This document shows, one piece after another, positions 9,982-20,583 of a stretch of 64,000 nucleotides of DNA. Origin of the DNA: Escherichia coli (GTDB lineage: Bacteria > Pseudomonadota > Gammaproteobacteria > Enterobacterales > Enterobacteriaceae); assembly GCF_051903065.1 (NCBI RefSeq), contig NZ_CP178438.1; one strand, written 5' to 3'. The translations under genes were made by a program, and so were the position numbers. A model generated the notes under the pieces. It made no database searches, was not told the origin of the DNA, and worked only from the letters and a program-made list of their open reading frames with translations. How positions within the stretch are numbered: the stretch's first letter is position 1; each line of letters starts with the position of its first letter.

Positions 9982-11079
9982 TCAAGAGGCCTTATTTCTG
10001 CTCCTTTGGAGCTCTTCAAAACGATTATGTAAAGATTTCGGATACAGTTCGGTATATACCTGCCATAGCACGTTTAATGAACGATGCCCTGTAACCTGGG
10101 CGACTTCCTCAATACTAAAACCAGCCTCAAATAAGCGACTTGCCCCTTCTCTACGCAAATCATGGTATCGCAGATCTTTAATACCTAATTTGCTTCTTAC
10201 CCTCTGGAATCCCGCAGTAACAGAAGTGCTGTTATATGGAAAAATGAATTCTGATTTTTTGGGTTGTCGTTGGACGATATCCCAGGCTTCCCCAAGCAAG
10301 GCTACTTTCATATGGTTGCCTTCCTTTTTACGTGGATCTTTCCTGTCTCTTACGAGTATGGATTTTTGTTCCTGATCGAGATCCTCCCATCGTAATCGGC
10401 ATACTTCACCGATTCGCATACATGACCACACAGAAAATTTGAGGATATCAACGAACGGAATTTTTGAGCATTTATGTGTAGATCGTTGTTGAAGACCTTC
10501 AATGAGCATGTCCAGTTCATCAGATGCCGGTCTACGATTACGACGATTTGATTTACCAATTAAACCAAGTTTAAGTAGATATGGACGAGCGGCTTTTGCT
10601 GGGTTTGATGTGTAATTAATTCCATATACAGGTTTGGCAGCATCCAGAACACTGCCAAGATAACTAACATCGTGGCTAACTGTAGCTGGACCTGCACCAG
10701 CGTTGTTTCTTAGCCTGCAATGTTCAATTACGTCATTTTCTGTCAGTTCAGATAGTTTGAGCGCGGAGACGTCACTATCCATAAGCAGTTCCAGCACATA
10801 TCTTTTAGTACGGCCTGCTTTACCTCCGGCATTTGGGTCATTTAAATATTTGTGTAGTAAGTCACGGACTGTAAGTCCGTCAACTGCATTTGATGATGGA
10901 ATGCCATATAGATCTAATTCCATCACTTTCTGTGTGCCCCATGTTTTGGCATGAGCATGTTTAGGGAATGTTTTACTTTCCCTGTAAGTGATAACACCTT
11001 TTTCTTTGATAATCACATTACAGCGATAGCGTGGTGTGCCATCGGATTTTAGTCGTTTCTCTATGTTATAGTATGCCAT
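9982..11079 (-). CDS. Tyrosine-type phage integrase
   Basis: 365 aa; C-terminal region with R...HDLRR...Y spacing typical of tyrosine recombinases; GAGG RBS 8 nt upstream; terminal position of the prophage next to dusA. Confidence 0.8.
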   Translation of the reverse strand: MAYYNIEKRLKSDGTPRYRCNVIIKEKGVITYRESKTFPKHAHAKTWGTQKVMELDLYGIPSSNAVDGLTVRDLLHKYLNDPNAGGKAGRTKRYVLELLMDSDVSALKLSELTENDVIEHCRLRNNAGAGPATVSHDVSYLGSVLDAAKPVYGINYTSNPAKAARPYLLKLGLIGKSNRRNRRPASDELDMLIEGLQQRSTHKCSKIPFVDILKFSVWSCMRIGEVCRLRWEDLDQEQKSILVRDRKDPRKKEGNHMKVALLGEAWDIVQRQPKKSEFIFPYNSTSVTAGFQRVRSKLGIKDLRYHDLRREGASRLFEAGFSIEEVAQVTGHRSLNVLWQVYTELYPKSLHNRFEELQRSRNKAS

Positions 11080-11095
11080 TACACGACCTCGTTAT

Positions 11096-11145
11096 TTCGG
11101 GTTCCCATAAAACGTGGGAACCTGTGCGGGAACCTAACGCGAGAA
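11096..11145. repeat. Cluster of three GGGAACC(C) repeats between the integrase start and dusA (candidate integrase-binding or att-associated repeats)
   Basis: cGGGTTCCCataaaacgtGGGAACCtgtgcGGGAACCtaa. Confidence 0.4.
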
Positions 11146-11167
11146 AAATAGCCTGAAATGTTCAAAA

Positions 11168-12205
11168 ATGCACGATAATCATGAAACACAAAAAATTAAT
11201 CAAACCAGCGTGATGCCTGAAAAAACTGGTGTTTACTGGAATTCTCGGTTTAGCATTGCTCCTATGCTCGACTGGACGGACAGACATTGCCGCTATTTCT
11301 TGCGTCTGCTTTCCCGCAATACGTTGCTGTATACCGAAATGGTGACTACAGGGGCGATTATTCACGGTAAAGGTGATTATCTGGCGTACAGTGAAGAAGA
11401 ACATCCGGTAGCGTTGCAACTGGGCGGTAGCGATCCGGCGGCGCTGGCGCAGTGTGCGAAGCTGGCAGAAGCGCGCGGATATGATGAGATCAACCTGAAT
11501 GTCGGCTGCCCGTCTGACCGGGTGCAGAACGGCATGTTTGGTGCGTGTCTGATGGGTAATGCGCAGCTGGTTGCCGACTGCGTGAAAGCGATGCGCGATG
11601 TGGTGTCGATTCCGGTGACGGTGAAAACGCGTATTGGCATCGATGATCAGGACAGCTATGAATTTCTCTGCGATTTCATCAACACCGTTTCCGGCAAAGG
11701 CGAGTGTGAGATGTTCATCATCCATGCACGTAAAGCCTGGCTTTCGGGGTTAAGCCCGAAAGAAAACCGTGAAATCCCGCCGCTCGATTATCCGCGTGTG
11801 TATCAACTGAAGCGTGACTTTCCGCATCTGACAATGTCCATTAACGGTGGCATCAAGTCGCTGGAAGAAGCTAAAGCGCATTTGCAACATATGGATGGCG
11901 TGATGGTCGGGCGCGAGGCGTATCAGAATCCGGGTATTCTGGCGGCGGTAGACCGGGAGATCTTTGGTTCCTCGGATACCGATGCCGATCCGGTTGCGGT
12001 AGTGCGCGCCATGTATCCGTACATTGAGCGTGAACTCAGCCAGGGGACGTATCTCGGCCATATTACCCGGCATATGCTGGGCTTGTTCCAGGGTATTCCT
12101 GGCGCGCGGCAGTGGCGGCGTTATTTAAGTGAAAATGCCCATAAAGCGGGTGCAGACATTAATGTGCTGGAACACGCGCTCAAACTGGTGGCGGATAAGC
12201 GTTAA
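11168..12205 (+). CDS. dusA: tRNA-dihydrouridine synthase A
   Basis: 345 aa; recognised DusA sequence and K-12 synteny (dusA-pspG-qorA-dnaB); extreme N-terminus may be prophage-supplied. Confidence 0.9.
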   Translation: MHDNHETQKINQTSVMPEKTGVYWNSRFSIAPMLDWTDRHCRYFLRLLSRNTLLYTEMVTTGAIIHGKGDYLAYSEEEHPVALQLGGSDPAALAQCAKLAEARGYDEINLNVGCPSDRVQNGMFGACLMGNAQLVADCVKAMRDVVSIPVTVKTRIGIDDQDSYEFLCDFINTVSGKGECEMFIIHARKAWLSGLSPKENREIPPLDYPRVYQLKRDFPHLTMSINGGIKSLEEAKAHLQHMDGVMVGREAYQNPGILAAVDREIFGSSDTDADPVAVVRAMYPYIERELSQGTYLGHITRHMLGLFQGIPGARQWRRYLSENAHKAGADINVLEHALKLVADKR

Positions 12206-12287
12206 CTTTTCACCAAAAAGTAGTCAAATTCACCACGCCCTGCGCACCGTCGCGGGGCGTTTTGCTGTTAAATCAATAGATTATTTT

Positions 12288-12303
12288 TGGCATGATTCTT
12301 GTA
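12288..12303 (+). promoter_or_regulatory. Candidate sigma54 promoter of pspG
   Basis: TGGCAT-gattc-TTGTA, resembling the TGGCAC-N5-TTGCA consensus, ~35 nt upstream of the pspG ATG. Confidence 0.45.
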
Positions 12304-12338
12304 ATGCCAGCAAGAGATTTCATATTTGGGAGAGCATC

Positions 12339-12581
12339 ATGCTGGAACTACTTTTTGTGATTGGCTTTTTTGTCATGCTGATGGTCACCGGCGTTTCGTT
12401 GCTGGGCATTATCGCCGCGCTGGTTGTGGCGACGGCCATTATGTTCCTCGGCGGTATGCTGGCATTGATGATTAAGTTGCTGCCGTGGTTACTACTGGCG
12501 ATTGCGGTGGTGTGGGTTATTAAGGCGATTAAAGCACCAAAAGTGCCGAAATATCAGCGTTATGACCGCTGGCGTTACTAA
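12339..12581 (+). CDS. pspG: Phage shock protein G
   Basis: 80 aa, MLELLFVIGFFVMLMVTG...; the track ORF 12129..12581 is over-extended and the real start is the internal ATG. Confidence 0.85.
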   Translation: MLELLFVIGFFVMLMVTGVSLLGIIAALVVATAIMFLGGMLALMIKLLPWLLLAIAVVWVIKAIKAPKVPKYQRYDRWRY

Positions 12582-12704
12582 GGGATTGTGCGGATGATCA
12601 CAACCTAAGGTTTTATCCTTAGAACAAAATAGGAATTGATAATCAAATCTGTCACTATTGCGCCTCTAACAGATTCATCGTGCTGTACCCTACATACAGC
12701 CGAA

Positions 12705-12738
12705 CTATAAAAAGAAAGGGCTTCCCAGGTGGAAGCCC
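12705..12738. terminator. Bidirectional rho-independent terminator (pspG / qorA)
   Basis: gggcttcc-caggt-ggaagccc hairpin flanked by A-run and T-run. Confidence 0.6.
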
Positions 12739-12746
12739 TATTTCTT

Positions 12747-13730
12747 TTATGGAATCAACAGGCTGGAACCTTGCGTCGCCCGGCTTTCCAGAATCTCATG
12801 CGCACGCTGCGCATCCTTCAGCGGATATTTCTGCTGTTCGGCGACATCGACCTTAATCACACCGCTGGCAATCAAAGAGAACAGTTCATTACTGGCCTCG
12901 GTTAATTCCTCCCGCGTGGTGATATAGCCTTGCAGGGAAGGGCGTGTCACATACAACGAGCCTTTTTGATTGAGAATGCCTAAGTTCACACCGGTAACCG
13001 CACCTGATGAGTTGCCAAAACTCACCATTAAGCCGCGGCGTTGCAGGCAATCCAGCGACCGTTCCCAGGTGTCTCTGCCCACGGAATCGTACACTACGCG
13101 CACTTTCTTACCGCCGGTGATCTCTTTCAATCGCTCGACCAGATTCTCTTCACGATAGTTAATAACCTGCCACGCGCCCGCTTTTAGCGCGCTCTGCGCT
13201 TTTTGCGCGGTTCCTACGGTGCCGATAAGTTTCGCGCCCAGGGCTTTTGCCCACTGGCAGGCAATCAAGCCAACGCCGCCAGCTGCTGCGTGGAACAGGA
13301 ACTGTTCATCGGGTTTAATTTCATAGGTTTTGCGCAGCAGATAATAAACCGTTAAGCCTTTCAGGAAAGATGCTGCAGCTTGCTCAAAAGAAATTGCCGC
13401 AGGCAGAATCGCCGCTTTATCCGCATTAATGTTATGCACAGAGCTGTAAGCGCCTAACGCCGACTGCGCATAGACTACACGATCGCCAGCCTTAATATGC
13501 TTTACACCACTGCCGACTTTACTCACGATGCCTGCCGCTTCGGTACCTAATCCGCTGGGTAGTGATGGCGGCGGGTAAAGGCCGCTGCGGATATACGTGT
13601 CGATAAAATTGATGCCGATGGCTTTATTTTCGACCTGGATTTCATTCTCCGCCGGATCGGCAGGAGTGAACTCTACGGCTTGAAGTACTTCCGGGCCACC
13701 GTGCTTGTGAAATTCAATTCGTGTTGCCAT
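12747..13730 (-). CDS. qorA: Quinone oxidoreductase (NADPH)
   Basis: 327 aa from internal Met MATRIEFHKHGGPEVLQ...; track ORF is over-extended at the 5' end. Confidence 0.9.
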   Translation of the reverse strand: MATRIEFHKHGGPEVLQAVEFTPADPAENEIQVENKAIGINFIDTYIRSGLYPPPSLPSGLGTEAAGIVSKVGSGVKHIKAGDRVVYAQSALGAYSSVHNINADKAAILPAAISFEQAAASFLKGLTVYYLLRKTYEIKPDEQFLFHAAAGGVGLIACQWAKALGAKLIGTVGTAQKAQSALKAGAWQVINYREENLVERLKEITGGKKVRVVYDSVGRDTWERSLDCLQRRGLMVSFGNSSGAVTGVNLGILNQKGSLYVTRPSLQGYITTREELTEASNELFSLIASGVIKVDVAEQQKYPLKDAQRAHEILESRATQGSSLLIP

Positions 13731-13812
13731 GTGTCCTCCAGAACGTATCGTCAGGGTCTGCTTCATATGGTAAAGTTTCGACCCATTCTTTATCTCGGTA
13801 ACTCCATTCACT

Positions 13813-15228
13813 ATGGCAGGAAATAAACCCTTCAACAAACAGCAGGCTGAACCCCGCGAACGCGATCCACAAGTTGCCGGGCTGAAAGTGCCTCCGCACT
13901 CGATCGAAGCGGAGCAGTCGGTGTTGGGCGGTTTAATGCTGGATAACGAACGCTGGGATGATGTAGCCGAGCGTGTGGTAGCAGACGATTTTTACACCCG
14001 CCCACACCGTCATATCTTTACTGAAATGGCGCGTTTGCAGGAAAGCGGTAGTCCTATCGATCTGATTACCCTTGCGGAATCGCTGGAACGCCAGGGGCAA
14101 CTCGATAGCGTCGGTGGTTTTGCTTATCTGGCAGAGTTGTCAAAAAATACGCCAAGTGCGGCGAACATCAGTGCCTATGCGGACATCGTGCGTGAACGTG
14201 CCGTTGTCCGTGAGATGATCTCGGTTGCGAATGAGATTGCCGAAGCTGGTTTTGATCCGCAGGGGCGTACCAGCGAAGATCTGCTGGATCTGGCTGAATC
14301 CCGCGTCTTTAAAATTGCCGAAAGTCGTGCGAACAAAGACGAAGGGCCGAAGAACATCGCCGATGTGCTCGACGCAACCGTGGCACGTATTGAGCAGTTG
14401 TTTCAGCAGCCACACGATGGCGTTACCGGGGTAAACACCGGTTATGACGATCTCAACAAAAAAACCGCTGGCTTGCAGCCGTCGGATTTGATCATCGTCG
14501 CCGCGCGTCCGTCGATGGGTAAAACAACATTTGCGATGAACCTCGTCGAAAACGCGGCGATGTTGCAGGATAAACCGGTACTTATCTTCTCGCTGGAGAT
14601 GCCATCAGAACAGATCATGATGCGTTCTCTGGCGTCGCTGTCTCGCGTTGACCAGACTAAAATCCGTACCGGGCAGCTCGATGATGAAGACTGGGCGCGC
14701 ATTTCCGGCACCATGGGTATTTTGCTCGAAAAACGCAATATCTATATCGATGACTCCTCCGGCCTGACGCCAACGGAAGTGCGTTCCCGCGCACGCCGTA
14801 TTGCCCGTGAACACGGCGGCATCGGGCTTATCATGATCGACTACCTGCAACTGATGCGCGTACCGGCACTTTCCGATAACCGTACGCTGGAAATTGCAGA
14901 AATCTCCCGCTCGCTGAAAGCACTGGCGAAAGAACTGAACGTGCCAGTGGTGGCGCTGTCCCAGTTGAACCGTTCTCTGGAACAACGTGCCGACAAACGT
15001 CCGGTCAACTCCGACCTGCGTGAATCTGGCTCTATCGAGCAGGATGCGGACTTGATCATGTTTATCTATCGTGATGAGGTGTATCACGAAAACAGTGATT
15101 TAAAAGGCATCGCGGAAATTATTATCGGTAAACAACGTAACGGCCCAATCGGGACGGTACGCCTGACCTTTAACGGTCAATGGTCGCGCTTCGACAACTA
15201 TGCGGGGCCGCAGTACGACGACGAATAA
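13813..15228 (+). CDS. dnaB: Replicative DNA helicase
   Basis: 471 aa; Walker A GKTTFAMN motif; recognised DnaB. Confidence 0.97.
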   Translation: MAGNKPFNKQQAEPRERDPQVAGLKVPPHSIEAEQSVLGGLMLDNERWDDVAERVVADDFYTRPHRHIFTEMARLQESGSPIDLITLAESLERQGQLDSVGGFAYLAELSKNTPSAANISAYADIVRERAVVREMISVANEIAEAGFDPQGRTSEDLLDLAESRVFKIAESRANKDEGPKNIADVLDATVARIEQLFQQPHDGVTGVNTGYDDLNKKTAGLQPSDLIIVAARPSMGKTTFAMNLVENAAMLQDKPVLIFSLEMPSEQIMMRSLASLSRVDQTKIRTGQLDDEDWARISGTMGILLEKRNIYIDDSSGLTPTEVRSRARRIAREHGGIGLIMIDYLQLMRVPALSDNRTLEIAEISRSLKALAKELNVPVVALSQLNRSLEQRADKRPVNSDLRESGSIEQDADLIMFIYRDEVYHENSDLKGIAEIIIGKQRNGPIGTVRLTFNGQWSRFDNYAGPQYDDE

Positions 15229-15280
15229 TAATTATTTTATGAATTAGGTAATTAAAGCAAACACTTATCAAGGAACACAA

Positions 15281-16360
15281 ATGCAAGCGGCAACTGTTGT
15301 GATTAACCGCCGCGCTCTGCGACACAACCTGCAACGTCTTCGTGAACTGGCTCCTGCCAGTAAAATGGTTGCGGTGGTGAAAGCGAACGCTTATGGTCAC
15401 GGTCTTCTTGAGACCGCGCGAACGCTCCCCGATGCTGACGCCTTTGGCGTAGCCCGTCTCGAAGAAGCTCTGCGACTGCGTGCGGGGGGAATCACCAAAC
15501 CTGTACTGTTACTCGAAGGCTTTTTTGATGCCAGAGATCTGCCGACGATTTCTGCGCAACATTTTCATACCGCCGTGCATAACGAAGAACAGCTGGCTGC
15601 GCTGGAAGAGGCTAGCCTGGACGAGCCGGTTACCGTCTGGATGAAACTCGATACCGGTATGCACCGTCTGGGCGTAAGGCCGGAACAGGCTGAGGCGTTT
15701 TATCATCGCCTGACCCAGTGCAAAAACGTTCGTCAGCCGGTGAATATCGTCAGCCATTTTGCGCGCGCGGATGAACCAAAATGTGGCGCAACCGAGAAAC
15801 AACTCGCTATCTTTAATACCTTTTGCGAAGGCAAACCTGGTCAACGTTCCATTGCCGCATCGGGTGGCATTCTACTCTGGCCACAGTCGCATTTTGACTG
15901 GGTGCGCCCGGGCATCATTCTTTATGGCGTCTCGCCGCTGGAAGATCGCTCCACCGGTGCCGATTTTGGCTGTCAGCCAGTGATGTCACTAACCTCCAGC
16001 CTGATTGCCGTGCGTGAGCATAAAGTCGGAGAGCCTGTCGGTTATGGTGGAACCTGGATAAGCGAACGTGATACTCGTCTTGGTGTAGTTGCGATGGGCT
16101 ATGGCGATGGTTATCCGCGCGCCGCGCCGTCCGGTACGCCAGTGCTGGTGAACGGTCGCGAAGTGCCGATTGTCGGGCGAGTCGCGATGGATATGATCTG
16201 CGTAGACTTAGGTCCACAGGCACAGGATAAAGCCGGGGACCCGGTCATTTTGTGGGGTGAAGGTTTGCCCGTAGAACGTATCGCTGAAATGACGAAAGTA
16301 AGCGCTTACGAACTTATTACGCGCCTGACTTCAAGGGTCGCGATGAAATACGTGGATTAA
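15281..16360 (+). CDS. alr: Alanine racemase, biosynthetic
   Basis: 359 aa; PLP-lysine motif [10 protein letters not shown]. Confidence 0.95.
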   Translation: MQAATVVINRRALRHNLQRLRELAPASKMVAVVKANAYGHGLLETARTLPDADAFGVARLEEALRLRAGGITKPVLLLEGFFDARDLPTISAQHFHTAVHNEEQLAALEEASLDEPVTVWMKLDTGMHRLGVRPEQAEAFYHRLTQCKNVRQPVNIVSHFARADEPKCGATEKQLAIFNTFCEGKPGQRSIAASGGILLWPQSHFDWVRPGIILYGVSPLEDRSTGADFGCQPVMSLTSSLIAVREHKVGEPVGYGGTWISERDTRLGVVAMGYGDGYPRAAPSGTPVLVNGREVPIVGRVAMDMICVDLGPQAQDKAGDPVILWGEGLPVERIAEMTKVSAYELITRLTSRVAMKYVD

Positions 16361-16385
16361 TCGTTCTGTAATATTTGATTGTCTG

Positions 16386-16417
16386 TGCCGGATGCGGCGT
16401 GAATGCCTTATCCGGCC
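16386..16417. repeat. REP element
   Basis: tgccggatgcggcgtgaatgccttatccggcc. Confidence 0.7.
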
Positions 16418-16612
16418 AATAAAATCCTACCAATTCAATAAGTTGATATTCTTTCATGCTCTTATAAAGGTCGTGCCTCTGGCGGATGTACGTTTGTCAT
16501 GAGTCTCACTCTGTTGCTAATTGCCGGTCGCCCCTGAACATCCACTCGATCTTCGCCTTCTTCCGGTTTATTGTGTTTTAACCACCTGCCCGTAAACCTG
16601 GAGAACCATCGC

Positions 16613-17806
16613 GTGTTTCAAAAAGTTGACGCCTACGCTGGCGACCCGATTCTTACGCTTATGGAGCGTTTTAAAGAAGACCCTCGCAGCGACAAAGTGA
16701 ATTTAAGTATCGGTCTGTACTACAACGAAGACGGAATTATTCCACAACTGAAAGCCGTGGCGGAGGCGGAAGCGCGCCTGAATGCGGTGCCTCATGGCGC
16801 TTCGCTTTATTTACCGATGGAAGGGCTTAACAGCTATCGCCATGCCATTGCGCCGCTGCTGTTTGGTGCCGACCATCCGGTACTGCAACAACAGCGCGTA
16901 GCAACCATTCAAACCCTTGGCGGCTCAGGGGCATTGAAAGTGGGCGCGGATTTCCTGAAACGCTACTTTCCGGAATCAGGCGTCTGGGTCAGCGATCCTA
17001 CCTGGGAAAACCACGTAGCAATATTCGCCGGGGCTGGATTCGAAGTGAGTACTTACCCCTGGTATGACGAAGCGACTAACGGCGTGCGCTTTAATGACCT
17101 GTTGGCGACGCTGAAAACATTACCTGCCCGCAGTATTGTGTTGCTGCATCCATGTTGCCACAACCCAACGGGTGCCGATCTCACTAATGACCAGTGGGAT
17201 GCGGTGATTGAAATTCTCAAAGCCCGCGAACTTATCCCATTCCTTGATATTGCCTATCAAGGATTTGGTGCCGGTATGGAAGAGGATGCCTACGCCATTC
17301 GCGCCATTGCCAGCGCTGGATTACCCGCTCTGGTGAGCAATTCGTTCTCGAAAATTTTCTCCCTTTACGGCGAGCGCGTTGGCGGACTTTCTGTTCTGTG
17401 TGAAGATGCCGAAGCTGCAGGCCGCGTACTGGGGCAATTGAAAGCAACAGTTCGCCGCAACTACTCCAGCCCGCCGAATTTTGGTGCGCAGGTGGTGGCT
17501 GCGGTGCTGAATGACGAGGCATTGAAAGCCAGCTGGCTGGCGGAAGTAGAAGAGATGCGTACTCGCATTCTGGCAATGCGTCAGGAACTGGTGAAGGTAT
17601 TGAGCACAGAGATGCCAGAACGCAATTTCGATTATCTGCTTAATCAGCGCGGCATGTTCAGTTATACAGGTTTAAGTGCCGCTCAGGTTGACCGACTACG
17701 TGAGGAGTTTGGTGTTTATCTCATCGCCAGCGGTCGCATGTGTGTCGCCGGGTTAAATACGGCAAATGTACAACGTGTGGCAAAGGCGTTTGCTGCGGTG
17801 ATGTAA
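16613..17806 (+). CDS. tyrB: Aromatic amino acid aminotransferase
   Basis: 397 aa starting at GTG ([14 protein letters not shown]...); track ORF begins at an upstream ATG. Confidence 0.9.
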   Translation: MFQKVDAYAGDPILTLMERFKEDPRSDKVNLSIGLYYNEDGIIPQLKAVAEAEARLNAVPHGASLYLPMEGLNSYRHAIAPLLFGADHPVLQQQRVATIQTLGGSGALKVGADFLKRYFPESGVWVSDPTWENHVAIFAGAGFEVSTYPWYDEATNGVRFNDLLATLKTLPARSIVLLHPCCHNPTGADLTNDQWDAVIEILKARELIPFLDIAYQGFGAGMEEDAYAIRAIASAGLPALVSNSFSKIFSLYGERVGGLSVLCEDAEAAGRVLGQLKATVRRNYSSPPNFGAQVVAAVLNDEALKASWLAEVEEMRTRILAMRQELVKVLSTEMPERNFDYLLNQRGMFSYTGLSAAQVDRLREEFGVYLIASGRMCVAGLNTANVQRVAKAFAAVM

Positions 17807-18027
17807 TGCAGGAAAGCAGGCTGGAGTTACCCAGCCTGCAGTGAAATTAAACTGTCGTCGCTTTCACTCTTTCTTTATAGATGATTTTTTTGATGCCATC
17901 GTTCTACGTAAGAGATAATAAACGTTATTAGTTCTTTTATTGTTAAGCTTATCCCAATTATCTGGAATTCCTTATCCTGTTTTTTTGTGTGGAGTAATAA
18001 TTTCTGCACATCTAACCATTATTAAAT

Positions 18028-18570
18028 TTAATAATAAGTGCCGGGTTTGTTACGATAGAATTTTTCTATATCCTCAAGAATATGCTTTGCCTTATTGCCT
18101 GTGACTTTCTGAGATTCAATTATAGTATCGTTAAATTCTAAAGTTAAAGAGAACTCTTTTTTTCCGCTTTGTGTAAGTTTAACCTTATATTGATTACCAA
18201 TATCAAATAAAAAGGTCCTGTAATGAGAATAATCACCTTTAACCTCCTCGGCAAAACAGCAAAGCGTGCAAATATACATAAAATCTTTCTTACCCCTGAT
18301 TTTGTTAACTAAATCAATAAATGCGTGAAAAACTGTACTTGCAATAGAACTTGATGCTTCTTCTCCAGGTCTACAAAAATCTTTTGCAATTTTTAACTGT
18401 GTTTCTATATATAAAAAGAGATCTTTGGCATAAGAGAAATCTTTGGCATAAGAGATATCTTTGTTATTTAGTGTATCTAGCTCTACAGGTAAAGATGTCG
18501 TTTTGTTGCTATTCACATATGATATATTCATGTCATCATCTCCTTCGGGAGTAATAAAATTAGTCACCAT
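18028..18570 (-). CDS. Hypothetical protein, AT-rich, unknown function (occupies the tyrB-aphA gap where I recall K-12 carrying only the small gene yjbS)
   Basis: 180-aa ORF; contains an 18-bp tandem duplication (DISYAKDFSYAKD); no family recognised. Confidence 0.45.
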   Translation of the reverse strand: MVTNFITPEGDDDMNISYVNSNKTTSLPVELDTLNNKDISYAKDFSYAKDLFLYIETQLKIAKDFCRPGEEASSSIASTVFHAFIDLVNKIRGKKDFMYICTLCCFAEEVKGDYSHYRTFLFDIGNQYKVKLTQSGKKEFSLTLEFNDTIIESQKVTGNKAKHILEDIEKFYRNKPGTYY

Positions 18571-18669
18571 TGTAGGGTAGGGTTCTGGTCAATCAGAAAT
18601 CATCTTTATAAAAATGTTATTTTATAAACTTCGATTGTTTTTGTAATGCTGTATCATTAAGTTCATTAA

Positions 18670-19662
<993 letters not shown>

Positions 19663-19667
19663 CAGAG

Positions 19668-19704
19668 CGGGAGAGCGTGACACTCTCCCGAATGCTGTTT
19701 TTTT
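19668..19704 (+). terminator. Rho-independent terminator after aphA
   Basis: cgggagag-cgtgaca-ctctcccg hairpin followed by ttttttt. Confidence 0.75.
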
Positions 19705-19772
19705 AATCACACCTTTATCCTTTCGCTGTCTTGCTGCAAACTGATTAAGAGAGTTTTATCAAGGAGCAGCAC

Positions 19773-20189
19773 ATGTGGTATCAAAAGACGCTCACGCTTA
19801 GCGCCAAATCTCGTGGGTTTCATCTGGTAACGGATGAAATTCTGAATCAGCTGGCTGATATGCCGCGCGTTAACATCGGCTTACTGCATCTGTTGCTGCA
19901 ACATACCTCCGCCTCTCTGACACTTAATGAGAACTGCGATCCCACCGTACGCCACGACATGGAGCGTTTTTTCCTCCGCACCGTTCCCGATAATGGAAAC
20001 TATGAGCATGACTATGAGGGAGCAGACGATATGCCTTCTCATATCAAATCCTCAATGCTGGGAACATCGCTTGTATTGCCGGTGCATAAAGGGCGTATTC
20101 AGACCGGCACCTGGCAAGGCATTTGGCTGGGGGAACATCGCATCCACGGCGGATCGCGTCGCATCATCGCGACACTACAAGGGGAGTAA
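19773..20189 (+). CDS. yjbQ: UPF0047 family protein
   Basis: 138 aa; K-12 synteny. Confidence 0.9.
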
Positions 20190-20192
20190 AAA

Positions 20193-20549
20193 ATGACCAT
20201 TTCGGAGTTGCTACAATATTGCATGGCAAAACCAGGCGCAGAACAGAGCGTGCATAACGACTGGAAAGCGACGCAGATCAAAGTGGAAGATGTACTGTTT
20301 GCGATGGTGAAAGAAGTAGAAAATCGCCCAGCTGTTTCGCTGAAAACCAGCCCGGAGCTGGCGGAGCTGCTACGTCAGCAGCACAGCGATGTGCGTCCAA
20401 GCCGCCATCTGAATAAAGCGCACTGGAGCACCGTGTATCTCGACGGTTCGCTGCCGGATTCGCAAATCTATTATCTGGTGGATGCGTCTTATCAGCAGGC
20501 GGTGAATTTACTGCCGGAAGAAAAACGTAAATTGCTGGTGCAACTCTGA
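20193..20549 (+). CDS. yjbR: Uncharacterised protein YjbR
   Basis: 118 aa; K-12 synteny. Confidence 0.9.
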   Translation: MTISELLQYCMAKPGAEQSVHNDWKATQIKVEDVLFAMVKEVENRPAVSLKTSPELAELLRQQHSDVRPSRHLNKAHWSTVYLDGSLPDSQIYYLVDASYQQAVNLLPEEKRKLLVQL

Positions 20550-20552
20550 AAG

Positions 20553-20580
20553 GAAAAGGCCGCTCAGAAAGCGGCCTTAA
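20553..20580. terminator. Bidirectional terminator between yjbR and uvrA
   Basis: aaggccgc-tcagaaa-gcggcctt hairpin. Confidence 0.6.
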
Positions 20581-20583
20581 CGA

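Larger units (their letters stand above)
1..11160. mobile_element. Partial prophage (right end): Mu-type tail/baseplate module, DNA invertase, DinI-like gene and tyrosine integrase abutting dusA; left boundary is outside the window
   Basis: Contiguous phage structural genes in Mu gp42-gp50 order, with 1-14 nt overlaps typical of late operons, followed by serine invertase, DinI-like gene and integrase; ends at the dusA 5' region, a known integration target. Confidence 0.8.

Noticed and set aside
16430-16612. TyrR boxes upstream of tyrB
   Set aside because: Expected from K-12 biology, but I could not find a convincing TGTAAA-N6-TTTACA match by eye
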